DNA of 64,000 nt from Dudresnaya verticillata (lineage: Eukaryota). This document shows positions 62,689-64,000 of this stretch, in pieces. Numbering within the stretch: position 1 is the stretch's first letter; every line of letters starts with the position of its first letter. Both the position numbers and the translations under genes were made by a program. Where the stretch lies: assembly GCA_977862235.1 (NCBI GenBank), contig OZ374561.1:1178001-1242000 (forward strand), in the 5' to 3' direction. Under the pieces are notes generated by a model, which searched no databases, had not been told where the DNA came from, and worked only from the letters and a program-made list of their open reading frames with translations.

Positions 62689-63331
62689 TGTAGTACAATG
62701 GCCACGGGGCCAGGTAGAACGGAAACAAACAGGACACCTGTCCTACGGCCAAAACTAGCTTTGGTAGCTCGGGGGAGAAAGGGGGTTGGTAGATACTTGG
62801 GGAAAAAGGCACAAAGCCTAAGAAAAAGGGAAAAAGGGAAGGGCGGCGCTACCCAACTCGCGCAGAGCTTCCGTCGTGCGGAGACAAGGCTCGTAGAGCG
62901 CCTGAAAGGGGAAAAAGGTACGGTGAGTCCGTGAATTCCAGAAAAGGGCAAAAGACCCAAACCCACCGTAGGGTTCTATTCAGGAGGCCCCTGCTACTCA
63001 GGGGCCTATTAAGTATGGCAGAGCCGGAAATGCTCTTACCTCCTATGAGCGATTCTAGCTGCAATTATTAATCTAATAGTACTGTTGTCAGTTATAAATA
63101 CGGATTAGTGGTAGTACCGCGTCGGGCCGCGTGAGCGGCCACAATAAATTACCCAATGGCAATTCGCCATCAAATTTGGTGCCAGCAGGGACGCCAGCGG
63201 GGCGCATCTTCCTTACAGCGCACGGCGCTTGGGCGCGCCTTACAGTTTGATGCGAGTGGGCGTCTTACACCTTAATGCGCACACATGACTTACAGTGCGC
63301 CAGTACTTCTGTGGCGGCTCATTCTTCCACA
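62689..63331 (-). repeat. Solo LTR (643 bp) distantly related to family C
   Basis: TG...CA ends; perfect TSD GTGAG; purine-rich block and CTATTCAGG segment resemble 2499-3091. Confidence 0.85.
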
Positions 63332-64000
63332 GTGAGCCACTGCAAATAAGCCCGTCGACGGTCGACGGGGCCAGCTCGTCGACGATCGACGGGGCCTACC
63401 CGTCGACGGATCAAACATGTTGATCCTGGATCCAAATTTTGGCGCGGCGGCAATGTCGGCGGCGGTCGGTCTTCATTACAGAGTCAGCTCGTCACGCGTT
63501 ACGCTGCGCCGCACGGTTCGAGTATACTCATCCCGGCTGTGTACACCCGCCACACCCGGCGCCGGGTGTGGTGTTGATTGAATATGGAGCGGCACCCTAT
63601 CTGCTATTGCCAAGTAAGAATTCGTGAGTCTAGAATGATGAGATTGGTGGGATGGTGAAGAACTCTACGGTTTCCTACAGCCAATCAGTGCGTGAGTATA
63701 TGTGCCGTGGAGCCCCGTGGCCCGGTAAATTGGTAAGTATACTCACCGTTTATTGGCTGAGTATAGTTGATTGACACCCGCCGCACCCTGGATCCACGGG
63801 CCAGGGCCCGGTAGAGGTGGGAAATTCTATCTATACTAAAAAATTGTATATATTTACTGAATAGCGAACCGGTAGAGATGCTCTTAGGAATAAGATCGCG
63901 ACTTCCAGCGAAACAAAAGTCGTTTTATTCTGAACTCTCAGTCAGAACATCCGCTGCAGCGGCAATACCTTGCTCATAGACTGGGCGGACAAAGGCGTTG

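Noticed and set aside
63550..63571. Helitron 3' hairpin
   Set aside because: No CTRR terminus at the expected distance and no Rep/helicase in the window.

Overview
Eukaryotic, almost entirely transposon-derived 64 kb; no rRNA, tRNA, CRISPR or clearly intact housekeeping gene was found. The host cannot be determined from the sequence; my impression (inference only) is a red alga of the Chondrus/Gracilaria type. Contents: (i) at least four Ty3/gypsy LTR families (labelled A-D), as solo LTRs with 5-bp TSDs, 5'-portion fragments and one near full-length 13.3 kb chromovirus (45173-58491, minus) carrying a long extra antisense ORF; (ii) one Ty1/copia family with four LTRs differing by 2/3/4/5 copies of a 41-bp unit, two of them forming a ~1.85 kb-arm inverted repeat; (iii) a PIF/Harbinger transposase with a convergent partner ORF; (iv) a ~4 kb disrupted CMC/Plavaka-like DDE transposase near unknown ORFs, including a duplicated Tudor-like gene; (v) an ABCB transporter pseudogene fragment and a prion-like/RGG ORF. 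The most unusual signal is that gypsy families are saturated with their own short motif even inside coding sequence (family A TGGCCA/GGCC; family B CGTC/GACG). Coordinates and counts were made by eye.
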